Positions 1 through 10,894 of a DNA stretch of 64,000 nt are shown here, in pieces. The notes below the pieces were generated by a model. The model was not told where the DNA came from, did no database searches, and was given only the letters and a program-made list of their open reading frames with translations. Numbering within the stretch: the first letter of the stretch is position 1; each line of letters opens with the position of its first letter. This stretch comes from Eledone cirrhosa (lineage: Eukaryota): positions 78,430,001 to 78,494,000 of the forward strand of contig OZ024742.1 of assembly GCA_964016885.1 (NCBI GenBank), read 5' to 3'. The translations under genes and the position numbers were made by a program.

Positions 1-334
1 ACAAGAGAAAACATGTTTAAAAACCGGTATACGTTTTGTTTTATTGTTCGTTTAGTTGAAGGTAGAGGTTTAGAAAGATGAGTTTGTGAGAGATAACGTT
101 AGCAATTGAATTAGCGTTAGGGTTAGAATTAGGATTAGTATAAGTATAGTTGTCGTTACTTGTTGCTGGGTTAGTATTTTTCGCTCGATAGTGAGCGCTT
201 TCGGATTATATATATATAAGAACGTAAGGTTTTCAACTTCTTTTTCCAGTATATATAATCTATTTGACTGCATATACAGTGTTGGTTTCTTTTGTAATGA
301 TTTTTAAATACTTTCCCTTGCAGCAACTAAATAA

Positions 335-511
335 TAATTGTTTCTACTTTTGGCACAAGGCCAGCAATTACCCAGTACATTACTGGTACTTTATTTTATC
401 AATCCCGTATGGATGAAAGGCAAAGTTAACCTCGGCGGGATTTGAAATCAGATCATAAATGGACATAACTATGCTAGAAAGCATGTCCGACCCTCTACCG
501 ATACTGCCATA

Positions 512-563
<52 letters not shown>

Positions 564-1135
564 GTGGTGATGATACCAATATCAGTAATAATTGTTTCTA
601 CTTTTGGCACAAGGCCAGCAATTACCCAGTGCATTACTGGTACTTCATTTTATCGACCCCGTAAGAATGTAAGGCAAAGTTAACCTCGGCGGGATTTGAA
701 CTCAGATTGGCAAGCGCCGTAACTCTATCAGTAATAATAGCGTTTTCTGATAGCTATCATATCAACGTGAATTGGCAGCATCGGTAGAGCGTCAGACACC
801 ATGCTTTACAGCATAGAGTTATGGCCCTTTATGTTCTGAGTTCAAATCCTGCTGAGGTTAACTGTGCCTTTCATCCTTACAGGGTCGATAAAATAAAGTA
901 CCAGTAATGCTCTGGGATAATTGCTGGCCTTGTGCCAAAAGTAGAAACAATTATTACTATTGGCAGTATCGGTAGAGGGTCGGACATGCTTTCTAGCATA
1001 GAGTTACGTCCCTTTACGATCTGAGTTCAAATCCCGCCGAGGTTAACTTTGCCTTTCATCCATACGGGGTCGATAAAATAAAGTACCAGTAATGCACTGG
1101 GTCATTGCTGGCCTTGTGCCAAAGGTAGAAACAAT
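335..1135. mobile_element. Cluster of four tRNA-derived SINE copies, family 1 (two minus at about 335-510 and 590-710, two plus at about 770-955 and 961-1135)
   Basis: Repeated ~175-bp unit: tggcagtatcggtagag (A-box-like), gagttcaaatccc (B-box), gcctttcatccatacggggtcgataaaataaagtaccag, ccttgtgccaaa, then an (att)n tail. The copies are reverse complements of one another. Confidence 0.85.
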
Positions 1136-1794
1136 TACTACTACTACTACACCTTTATCACTATCACCAGTAACTCCACTAGCACCATCTTCATCATCAT
1201 GAACACATATTTTTAGATTTACTTTTATTCTGAGGTGTATTTAAAAATAAAATAAAATAATTCCCTTCCATAACTAAATCATAAGTTACGATTGTGAACA
1301 TATACAGAGAAGAGGGAGAAGGATGAGAGAAATGGATGGGAATATCGCAGAAGCTACAAAAAAGAAGAAATATATAAATTCCGATATGATTTTGGTATTT
1401 TTAGTTACATGTTTTTCTATAAATATATTTTTTTATCTCCCTTGAAGTTGTTAGGATAATCATCTCACCATCTTAGTAGCACCGTAAGACCTAACATTTT
1501 CACACTTGAGCAATAACACCACCACCAAGCACAACAAGACATCAAGAAGAAAAAAACCAGAAATAAAAATGAATGTAGTATTCAAATTTTTGTAATCTAA
1601 GTGGTAATTATAATGTGTTTAAGGAGGGGGTGATGATAGTGATGGTTGAGATGGAGAATCTAAGGCTTGTGACAAAGATTTACAGATAATTCATATATGT
1701 TGTGGCTGTTGTTGTTTAGCCCAGGGCAAACTTATTATCAATGATATTCCTGCAAAGATCGTCTTATTTTTTCTTTACATATATATATATGTAC

Positions 1795-2198
1795 GAATAT
1801 TTTCGAAACAGCGAGTTGGTTTGAAATTATTAGAAATGTAAGCTATCGCCATATTTTGACTAAAGAAATTAAAGAAATTATTTAGCCTGATAGTGGGGTT
1901 AAGAACCCTCGGAGAAATGGAAAAAGATGAGTATTGACGTAAATGGGAGTCGAACCCACATCTTTAGTTATCCGGACTACTGTGCTACCATTTACACCAA
2001 CACATCACCCGTCTTTTTCCATTCAAATCAGAAGCTATAAACTTAGCGACTGTAATGTGAAGTAAGAATATTTTCGAAACAGCGAGTTGGTTTGAAATTA
2101 TTAGAAATGTAAGCTATCGCCGTATTTTGAGTAAAGAAATTAAAGAAATTATTTAGCCTGATAGTGGGGTTAAGAACCCTCGGAGAAATGGAAAAAGA

Positions 2199-2200
<2 letters not shown>
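1795..2200. repeat. Partial-tandem element: 135-bp direct repeats (1795-1929, 2066-2200; period 271 bp) enclosing a tRNA-like sequence, flanked by TA tracts
   Basis: gaatattttcgaaacagcgag...ggagaaatggaaaaagatg occurs twice with about 2 mismatches. Confidence 0.9.
1935..2006 (-). ncRNA. tRNA-like cloverleaf (not a canonical tRNA gene)
   Basis: Minus strand gatgtgt tg gtgt aaatggta gcac a gtagt ccggata actaa agat gtggg ttcgact cccat ttacgtc a. D stem, T stem and TTCGA loop and acceptor pairing are present; the anticodon loop lacks U33. Confidence 0.7.
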
Positions 2201-2239
<39 letters not shown>

Positions 2240-2273
2240 AGATTTGAATGGATACAGTTTAGTTGAAAGGAAT

Positions 2274-2390
2274 TTATTGACACGTGTTTCTATAACAGTT
2301 ACATAACCTAAAACAGCTATCTACAAACTTTTAGTTATGCAGACATTCAATATTTCAATGTTATTATTTACTGTCATTTCATCAGAATAA
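2274..2390 (-). ncRNA. Type-I hammerhead ribozyme with expanded (~88 nt) stem II
   Basis: Minus strand: ttatt CTGATGA a atgacagt...actgttat a GAAA cacgtg TC aataa. Stem I ttatt/aataa, palindromic stem III CACGTG, GUC cleavage triplet. Confidence 0.75.
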
Positions 2391-2975
2391 TATTACTGAG
2401 GACCTATTTAGTTTTTATAGAGAATATTAGGAGGGAGGGGTGAAGTTGTTAGAAGAATAGTTGAAGGAGTGGTTTTTCGATAGCAGTGAGAATTCTTGGT
2501 GGCAGTGAGTAATTAGATTCCCATCTGTTGTTTTGACATTTTTTATAGAATATATTATTGGTTATTTTTCTAAATCTATAGAAGGATTAGAGATAGTAAA
2601 GATATGCGTGGTTGGTTTTGTGTTTGCACTTAACATTCAGACTTAATTTTTTCTTTCAAGTGTACGTATTCTTTCACCCACGCATTCACACACAAATATA
2701 TTTGCACACCTCTACAAAATACATATATTCACAATTCACATATTCATACTTACATATATATACACATGCATACACATATATATATACACACATGTATTCA
2801 TGTACATACATACGCGCTCATGTGTATACATTTTCATACTCAACTTATCTTTATATATACACACGTATAGACACACACATATATACATACATACTCTAGT
2901 CCATGTGTACACACATACACATACATACACATCCATATACACATACATACATACACATATATATATATATATATA

Positions 2976-3035
<60 letters not shown>

Positions 3036-3354
3036 CACATATACACATATATACATATACACACATATATATATATATATATAAGCACTTTAATACATGA
3101 ATACACTTACATCTAACTATACACATCAAACATATATATATATTTACTTATTTATATACATTTTCACATATATATATACATACTTATGGACGTTTTTAGA
3201 CACATTCATTATCGCATATTTGTACCTATTCTCATCAGCATATCTTTTCATTATTAGTATGGTAATTTAAGGTTATTAATATATGTTGAGAAGAGATTGT
3301 TTTTATATTTTTCTAACTAGATTAAGGTTTATATAGTTGGGGGATGTCCCTCTT

Positions 3355-5292
3355 TTATGTAATATTCGGCTTGTAGTGGGAAAAAAGGGTTTTAGTTCTG
3401 TGACGGCAGAATAATGTTCGTTCAATTCTGTTATTCAGCAGTTTCTTCTTGTGTGTGATTATGTAATAAATCTCAAGATTACACAATTTGCAGAAATTTT
3501 GGCTCCTGGAAAAGCTTTGGGTTTTAGCTAATTTTTCCCATTTTAGGGTAAACTTTTGATTGCTATCCCTGAGCGTCCAAGCTTTTTCTGCTAAGGTTGT
3601 TACATTTCTTTGGCTCTGGTGTTTTATTGAGTAAGAATGCCTATACAATCGAGATTTAAACGATGTTGCCGTTGATCCCACGTAATACCACTCGTTGCCT
3701 CCGGATTTAATGGTACACTTATAAATAATATTTTTTTCCAGGCAGTTATTGCCGAGGGGGCAGTTGTCAGGATAGGTGCAGTTACAGTTGTGTACGTTGG
3801 GTTTTCTCTGGAGTAGTATGGCGGACGAACTTAGGTGTGGTTTATTTATGTTCTGTAGTGTATTGTCTACTGTTTTTTTGGGGTTCTTTGTACTTAAGTT
3901 CTTAGTGTTTTCGTTTAACCTTCTAGTATTGATCTTTTTTATGTGTTGTTCAAGGTTTAACGCTGTAGAGTATGACAGTCTTATAGTGGTAGGGTTTAGG
4001 ATTTTGTGGTATTTGTGTGATGTGGGAAAATGTCTTTTAATTATTTTAAAGAAGAGTACTGGTAAATTTGTACTAATGGAGCTATTGTATTCGGGGTTAT
4101 ACCATAAGTACTCTTTGCATCGCTTTCTATTAGTTTTGTTTGTTGGTTTACTGGTGTGCATACTATGGTAGTAAGTGTGGTTTGGTGTTGTGTTATTATA
4201 TCTACCTATGTGGGATTTATTTTGGGTGTTTTGATTGTTCCCATCTATGTACTCTATTTTGTTGAGGTAGCCTGCTTTACTAAGGGCGTTATCGTAGTAC
4301 TCGGCGTGTTCCTTAAATACTTGTATGTTAGAAGATAGACCCGAGATTCTAAGGGAAATATTTTTAGGGATAGATTTAATTATAGAGATGGGGTGGTTAG
4401 ACCCAACATTTACGTATTTGAGATTTTCATTCAATTTATGAAACGGTTTAATCAAACCAGAGTTTAAATTGAGTGTGACATCCAGGAAGTTAACTACTTT
4501 AAGGTTGTATTCATATGTTATAGTTAGTCCTATTTCGAGTAGTAGTTTTCTTATATCTTTGCGTAGTTTTTCTAGTTTTTGGTTATTAAGGTTTTTAGCT
4601 AGGAGGAGAACATCGTCGCGGTATATTCCGCCGTGGAGATTGCTGAATTTTTCCTGGAGTCTAAAGGCGATAAATAACCCCACAATATCAGTTATTTCCG
4701 CCGAATCGTTAGAGCCCATTGTTATGTCAAAGTTAGAGGGTCTATCTTTACGTACCCAATAACTGTTCTCAAATTTGACTATAGTTTTCCTAGCTTCTAA
4801 TATAATCTTAATTTCATCGTTTGTAAGGTCAGAGTTATCCTTAGCAAACTTAATGGCTCTATTCAAAGTTTCAGGTGATATCGATGAGTAATATTCATCG
4901 ATATCAAACTGGATAAACTTAGATTTATTCTTATTGCTAATGCTATTAAACCATCTTATTGCTTCTTGGGTCTTCCCCCAGAGTTTAATGTTAACCTTAG
5001 CCTTAATTTGGGGGATGATTCTATCTAAGATATATTTGCTTATTTTACCTATATCTGATTTAGAGGGGCAGATTAATCTTATTTTAGGGTCATTATCAAA
5101 GTTTACCTTGTGGTCCTTAAGATTGAAGGTAGGTACCGCCGGTAAGAGTGGTCCTGTCCTATCTTCGATTCCGAGATTTTTCACTATTTCGCATGCCTCA
5201 TCATTGATGTGCTTAAGGGTTACTTCACTCGTTTTTCTATATTTTTTATGTAATTCTTTTCGAATGAAGTTGTTGTATGTAGTGCAATCCAT
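3355..5292 (-). CDS. PLE reverse transcriptase with C-terminal GIY-YIG endonuclease (645 aa, N-terminus missing; possibly Nematis-type)
   Basis: KDHK, RLICP, IQFDIDEYYSSI, ITMGSNDSAEI, IYRDD, NFLDVTL, WYNP, CNC-x5-CPLGNNCL, NIIYKC...YYVGST, CKLCNLE, LLNNR, CRH. Confidence 0.93.
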   Translation of the reverse strand: MDCTTYNNFIRKELHKKYRKTSEVTLKHINDEACEIVKNLGIEDRTGPLLPAVPTFNLKDHKVNFDNDPKIRLICPSKSDIGKISKYILDRIIPQIKAKVNIKLWGKTQEAIRWFNSISNKNKSKFIQFDIDEYYSSISPETLNRAIKFAKDNSDLTNDEIKIILEARKTIVKFENSYWVRKDRPSNFDITMGSNDSAEITDIVGLFIAFRLQEKFSNLHGGIYRDDVLLLAKNLNNQKLEKLRKDIRKLLLEIGLTITYEYNLKVVNFLDVTLNLNSGLIKPFHKLNENLKYVNVGSNHPISIIKSIPKNISLRISGLSSNIQVFKEHAEYYDNALSKAGYLNKIEYIDGNNQNTQNKSHIGRYNNTTPNHTYYHSMHTSKPTNKTNRKRCKEYLWYNPEYNSSISTNLPVLFFKIIKRHFPTSHKYHKILNPTTIRLSYSTALNLEQHIKKINTRRLNENTKNLSTKNPKKTVDNTLQNINKPHLSSSAILLQRKPNVHNCNCTYPDNCPLGNNCLEKNIIYKCTIKSGGNEWYYVGSTATSFKSRLYRHSYSIKHQSQRNVTTLAEKAWTLRDSNQKFTLKWEKLAKTQSFSRSQNFCKLCNLEIYYIITHKKKLLNNRIERTLFCRHRTKTLFSHYKPNIT

Positions 5293-5361
5293 AGTGTACA
5301 GGTTTGATGTTTTGTCCGCTTTTACTACAATTCCTTTGGTGTTTTTATTACAATTCCTTTG

Positions 5362-5454
5362 GACAAATTATAACCTGATTGACTAATGAACACAACCACA
5401 AGGATATGATCCGAACGTGGAAGAGCCGAACTCCCACTGTCAGCACTCTCCCCA

Positions 5455-5543
<89 letters not shown>

Positions 5544-5665
5544 TGTGCAATATAATTTAGAAATAATTGGTACTCAGAGTTTCCCTAAATATACATCGTA
5601 TATTGCAATAATTCATTGTCCATGTTATCTCCTATTATCATTTCTGTTGTTAAGCTCAGGGTTAG

Positions 5666-5721
<56 letters not shown>

Positions 5722-6379
5722 GAGTGAGTTAAGATGTTCAGAAAATATAGGAAATCTCGAACGTAGAAAATAACTGTGACACTTGATTGCTATATATAAT
5801 TGCTTAAAATCGGGTAAAATACACCTATAGACGAAGGAAGTGGATAGCAGCCGCAACAAAAAATTCCTGATCTATTATTTATAGCAATCAAGTGTGTTTA
5901 CAATTAATTCTTACGTTCGAGATTTTCTAATATACATATATATATATATATAATGCCGTACCCAAGATATAAAGATTGCTATTGGGGCCACAGAATAAAG
6001 ATTGGGAAATTTAATTCTAATCAATGGGTTAAAACCTTTACTTAAGAGCAGACCTGAACCATTTAAATCTGATTAGCGATTTTACTTGTACTTGTTCCTT
6101 TAGTTTCATCCTTATGGGTTAGCCCCTTTCGCCCTTTGATTCTATTTCTTAGCCGTCTCAGGCTTTATATTTCAGTGTTTAGTTACTAATTAAATACATG
6201 TAATTATTAAGAAGTGAAAAATTAGATGAAAGACTGGGAAATGGAAAGAGTTCGATAACTGAGTCTAGTTTTAAGACAAATTATAACCTGATTGACTAAT
6301 GAACACAACCACAAGGATATGATCCGAACGTGGAAGAGCCGAACTCCCACTGTCAGCACTCTCCCCATCTCTGTGTATA
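5362..6379. repeat. Apparently identical ~104-bp direct repeat (5362-5465 and 6276-6379)
   Basis: acaaattataacctgattgac...ctctccccatctctgtgtata occurs twice. The first copy abuts the 5' truncation of PLE A. Confidence 0.9.
5746..5932. repeat. Imperfect fold-back (~55-bp arms) between microsatellites
   Basis: aaatctcgaacgta...acacttgattgctata pairs with tatagcaatcaagtgt...tacgttcgagattt. Confidence 0.75.
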
Positions 6380-6775
6380 GTGAGCAAATGGGGTCCCGCG
6401 TGCTCGCCTCCTCACAGCCCTAGTAGACAGAATGGAGAAGGCGTTTCCACGGAGGATGTGCTAGAAGAGCATTTCCACCTCCGCGAGGCTCACACCTGCG
6501 TCTAGCCAGCTCAGCGCCTGATTAGCTATTGTAACTAAACCAGTCTGCACGTGTCACTGCCCCTCCTTTCTTAAACATCTACCAATAAAGAGTAGCTCGC
6601 CACTACTTTCACACTCCATTTTCGTTTTCTCTGAAAAGGGTATTTTAAATCCAAAAATTTAATGAAATACGAGATGAGAGTTTAAACTTGTTTCTCTTTT
6701 TTTCTTTACTCCACTTCCGTTTTCACTCATTAATTTCTAAAATACAATGTACTAGCTTTCTAAAACAATTTTGAT

Positions 6776-6832
<57 letters not shown>

Positions 6833-6862
6833 TCCTGCGATGTTGTAGTTGTTTTTTACTTT

Positions 6863-6903
<41 letters not shown>

Positions 6904-6942
6904 GATATTAACAAATGGAAACTATATTTATAAAACCATATT

Positions 6943-7007
6943 TATTTCATTATACATATTTCAAGGACACCAAGTTAAATTATGGTGTGCTTTCATCAGA
7001 TAAAATA
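6943..7007 (-). ncRNA. Type-I hammerhead ribozyme in a short pLTR-like insert (~6903-7260)
   Basis: Minus strand: tattttat CTGATGA aagcacacca taatttaact tggtgtcctt GAAA tatgta TA atgaaata. Same family as the motifs at 39757, 39940 and 42313. Confidence 0.8.
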
Positions 7008-7269
7008 TAATATAGAGCAGTTTTATAAATAAATAAATATCGACATACCCTTAAAGAATGCAACCATTACTGTTTGCTCTAACATCACGAGCGCTCTATC
7101 TCAAAATTATTTTTGAAAAGCATTAGAAATGCGCAACCGGTAAAAACTTAAAACTAAAACTGAATACTAACCAATACTTATTACTGATTTATACTTATTC
7201 CTAATTAAACTATTTTTCACTGGGAAAAATTTGTCAGCATTTTCTTTTCCTTTTACTAATATATATATA

Positions 7270-7407
7270 TAGTAATAATAATAAATGTGAAGACTAAAAT
7301 CCGAAGAGGGCTCGATAAGGATAATATATATATAAAATATATAAAACCGTAGAGCACTCGTTAAGGGTGAAAGCAACAATTCTTGGCTTAAACTTTAATC
7401 TGTTATT

Positions 7408-7415
<8 letters not shown>
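7270..7415. repeat. Short TA-embedded repeat; second copy at ~16043-16235 with an internal inversion
   Basis: gaagactaaaatccgaagagggctcgataaggata...ccgtagagca and aaactttaatctgttattttaata are shared by both copies. Confidence 0.75.
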
Positions 7416-7458
<43 letters not shown>

Positions 7459-7592
7459 GTAGATAAATCTACCAAGAGTTTACGGTAGTGTCCAATCCGT
7501 ATGAAGAACTCAATGTATTCCGGATATCATGGAAAGAAGAGATGCAATGAAAAATCACTTTCGGTGAAAGATAAACGGAATACAGAGTCAAG

Positions 7593-7952
7593 ATAAAATA
7601 TTAAAAAAATAATGAATAAAACAATGAAACAGTTCCTTATATTAAACAAAAAAAGTTCATTATTTAACGATCGTTTCTAGGATATATATGTGTTAGAATT
7701 GGCATGCATATTCAACAGATCTATGTACAGAAATAATACAGAAATAATTATTTCTGAAGACGGCATATATGTGTGTTTGGTATGTATATTTAATCTTGAT
7801 AGTTTGTATAATTTTGTATAATTTTGTACATAGATCTGTTGAATATGCATGCCAATTCTAACACATATATATCCTAGAAACGATCGTTAAATAATGAACT
7901 TTTTTTGTTTAATATAAGGAACTGTTTCATTGTTTTATTCATTATTTTTTTA

Positions 7953-7961
<9 letters not shown>
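7593..7961. repeat. Fold-back with 137-bp apparently perfect arms (7593-7729 and 7825-7961) and a 95-bp spacer
   Basis: Direct reverse-complement comparison; the right arm runs into (TA)n. Confidence 0.92.
7747..7895 (+). ncRNA. Type-I hammerhead-like motif with expanded (~115 nt) stem II
   Basis: attattt CTGAAGA cggcatatatgtgt...acacatatatatccta GAAA cgatcg TT aaataat. 7-bp stem I, palindromic CGATCG, GUU triplet. Confidence 0.65.
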
Positions 7962-8001
<40 letters not shown>

Positions 8002-9234
8002 TGTCACATTATCCAATGTATTAATTTTAAAGACAGTAGAGTAGGATTTGGAAGAAATTTAGCTGTCCTTTTCATTAGGTCAATCAACCTTCACTATTGT
8101 TGTATATTATCTCTGATCGATCATTCTGTTTTCAGGGAACACAAAATCTCATCTGACGTATCTTTTTTATAATGCGTTATTTCAGTGAGGCTTGGCTGCC
8201 ATTTATACGAGGTCGTGAGACCATGTAGATACTTCCCTTTGAGAGAGCGATGGTAGTACTGAGGTTTGTGACCGCGATTTCTGATATGTTTTGATAAGTG
8301 ACTGTAGTACTGTAGGGGATGACTGGTTGATCAGTTAATCGACGGTTCTGAGGAATCGGAAGAGAATCAGATATGTGGTATTTCATAGTTTAAGTTACCT
8401 GGTTGTTTAACCTATTCTAAAGTGAGGAAAATACACATCAGGATAATGCAGTTCTATATATGTGTCTGTAAAAAGGTTAGGGCATCATGCAGGGGACGTT
8501 TTCGTTCCTATGTCTGCTCGATTAGGGCTTATCTGGATCTAAATAGCAACTATTGATATGTACCAAAGTGGACGGCAACTCGAGCAATCGTTCGGGGTGT
8601 CATGTGCTTATCTATATCGGTCACGGAACAAGAAAGGGCTTGTCTCTCTTGGTTGTTTTCTTTTTTTATTTTTTTATTTTAGATTGTAAACTCTTATAAA
8701 CACTGACAATTGATTGCATGAATAATTTCAGGTAATTTAAGACGTGTCACAATGCAGACTAACGTTTTTGGTAATTTTGTTAACAGAAAGTAAGATTTTT
8801 TAAAAAGTAAACATAAAAAGTACAGTGCAGGCATTTTTTAAATCTAAAGTCGAGGAAAATATTGTAATTCGAATAATGCATTTTCAGCGTATTTTTATCA
8901 TTTTTTTTTTTTTTTTAAATATATCAGAAGATTCGACCCATGTGTAGACCATCGGCACCAACAGCAGTTTCTCAAATAACCATTCTGCCTCTACTCAGAT
9001 TTTATAACAGAAATGTATCAAGATTCCTATCACTTATGAAGATGCGATTGGGCTCTCCCTTCTCGTTACATTAACTTATTCATGATCAAATTCCTTGTGA
9101 TCAACATTGCCTATTATTCAGTTATGATCGATTCAATTGACTTTACTCGTCCCTCGAAACTGCTACTTTGTAACTAAATTAAAAGCAGCTGTCGTATCAG
9201 TAATAGTAGTAGCAGATTTCCTTATTATTATGAA

Positions 9235-9380
9235 TTCAAATCCCGCCGAGGTTAACTTTGCCTTTTATCCTTATGGGGTCGATAAAATAAGGTAGCAGTA
9301 ATGCACTGGGGTCGATTTAATCGACTTTTCCCTCCACAAAATTGCTGGCCTTGTGGCTAAATAAGATACCATTATTATTA
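9235..9380 (+). mobile_element. SINE family 1, 5'-truncated copy
   Basis: ttcaaatcccgccgaggttaactttgcc...ggggtcgataaaataa...ccttgtg...attattatt. Confidence 0.8.
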
Positions 9381-9796
9381 TAGAAACGTGTTGCTTTTGT
9401 TTGGTATTTTTATATTAATAATTAGATTTGATGATAATTTTCTAGGAACAGAGTGTAGTGTTGTTTTCCAACAGTATAACACAGAAGTTTCCTTATCAAT
9501 ATAGCCCAAATTTTATCAATAGCAAGATAATTCATTCATTGTTGTAAACTGTCGAAGTTGCCGAAACACATTTGGTTTTATTTATTTATTATATACATAT
9601 TTTCTATCTTCTTCATGTTGTTGCTTTTATGTCTTGTTTATAATTATTCTGTTTGAAAATATGTCAAAAATCATTAGTTTAGGAATGTCAGAAGATATTA
9701 TTTTGTTAACAAAATAGTTTCAAGCTATATAGATACACATAATGTGTGTGTGCCTATGCGTACATACATGTATGCATATATATATATATGTGTGTG

Positions 9797-9872
<76 letters not shown>

Positions 9873-10894
9873 CATGCATATATATATATGTGTGTGTGTG
9901 TGTGTGCGACCGATTTATTATAAGCCATAGTTTCAAGTTAGATTTTATTTTGTGAAATAATATCATCAATATTTGTTATGCTGTAAACGAAGTTTTAAGT
10001 AAACTAAAATTTATTTAAATTTAATATTTGTAACTTTGTAATCGAAAACAATTTATTCTTCTATTGTTTAAAATTTGATTTAGTACAGTTTTATTTCATC
10101 TTACTTTTAATATATTTATTTCTATTTTGTTAACGTTAATTTAGCAGAAATGCGTGGCACTTGTTTATTGATTAATCGTCTGGAGAAAGAAATATTACCC
10201 AATATGTATTGGAGAGGTTGAGGTAAGGACGTGTAATATGTATTCCTGATGTTCGATACACAGGACTGGTTCTAGGGTTTACTGGCTACCCGTCAAAGCT
10301 GAATGCTGGTTCCCCAGGTAAGCCGGATATTGGTATCCTGGCAAGTATATATTCTTTAAGGAGGAATAATTTGCAAAAGCATGAACGCGAAGTTTATTAC
10401 AGTATACGGGGATCGGTTTATAGTTCATAAGCCGACCAAGATACTCTCATGGAATGACCAAATGAGGTTTATTTTTCAATGTAGTCCCTAGAAAGAAACA
10501 ATTCAGTTATTAATAAGAATTGAAATTAATGCATGCAAGGTTTCACAGCTTTAACATCAATCCTTCATAATCAGCCTATGAACCTGTATCTGCGTTGTTC
10601 CCTTGATACAAAACTGCCTGTTTTAAAGTCTTCCTATCTAAACTAAAACCTTCCATACTAATTTTAACATCACTTTCATAAAGAAATAAATGTAAAACTT
10701 AATTATTTTACTATATACCATTAAATTCCTGATTAAATTCGGAATAACTTCAAACACATAAGCACTAGGTTTTGAACTCAGAACGTAAAGAATGAGAAAA
10801 ATACTACAAAGCTTTTGCCCTAATGCTCTAACTATTGTATTAATCCACTTCCCTAACAACCGTAACAAAAACAGTAACAACAACGACAATAATA

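Larger units (their letters stand above)
2237..5345 (-). mobile_element. Penelope-like retroelement A, 5'-truncated, with ~1.1-kb 3' UTR/pLTR ending in (TA)n
   Basis: RT+GIY-YIG ORF at 3355-5292. The frame continues upstream of the ATG (VVKADKTSNLYT) to about 5340. HHR near the 3' end. Confidence 0.93.

Noticed and set aside
1-325. Possible decayed PLE 3' end on the minus strand
   Set aside because: Composition resembles other PLE tails, but no clear motif or HHR lies inside the window.
1935-2006. Functional tRNA-Ser(GGA) gene
   Set aside because: No U33, no long variable arm, mismatches in the acceptor and anticodon stems, and it is embedded in a repeat unit.
8177-8386. 69-aa minus-strand ORF in unique DNA
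   Set aside because: No motif, an in-frame stop just upstream, and a length expected by chance.
10145-10325. Host exons suggested by strong donors GAG|GTAAGG and CAG|GTAAGC
   Set aside because: No recognisable protein, the implied intron is ~40 nt, and one frame has a stop; cannot be supported without transcripts.
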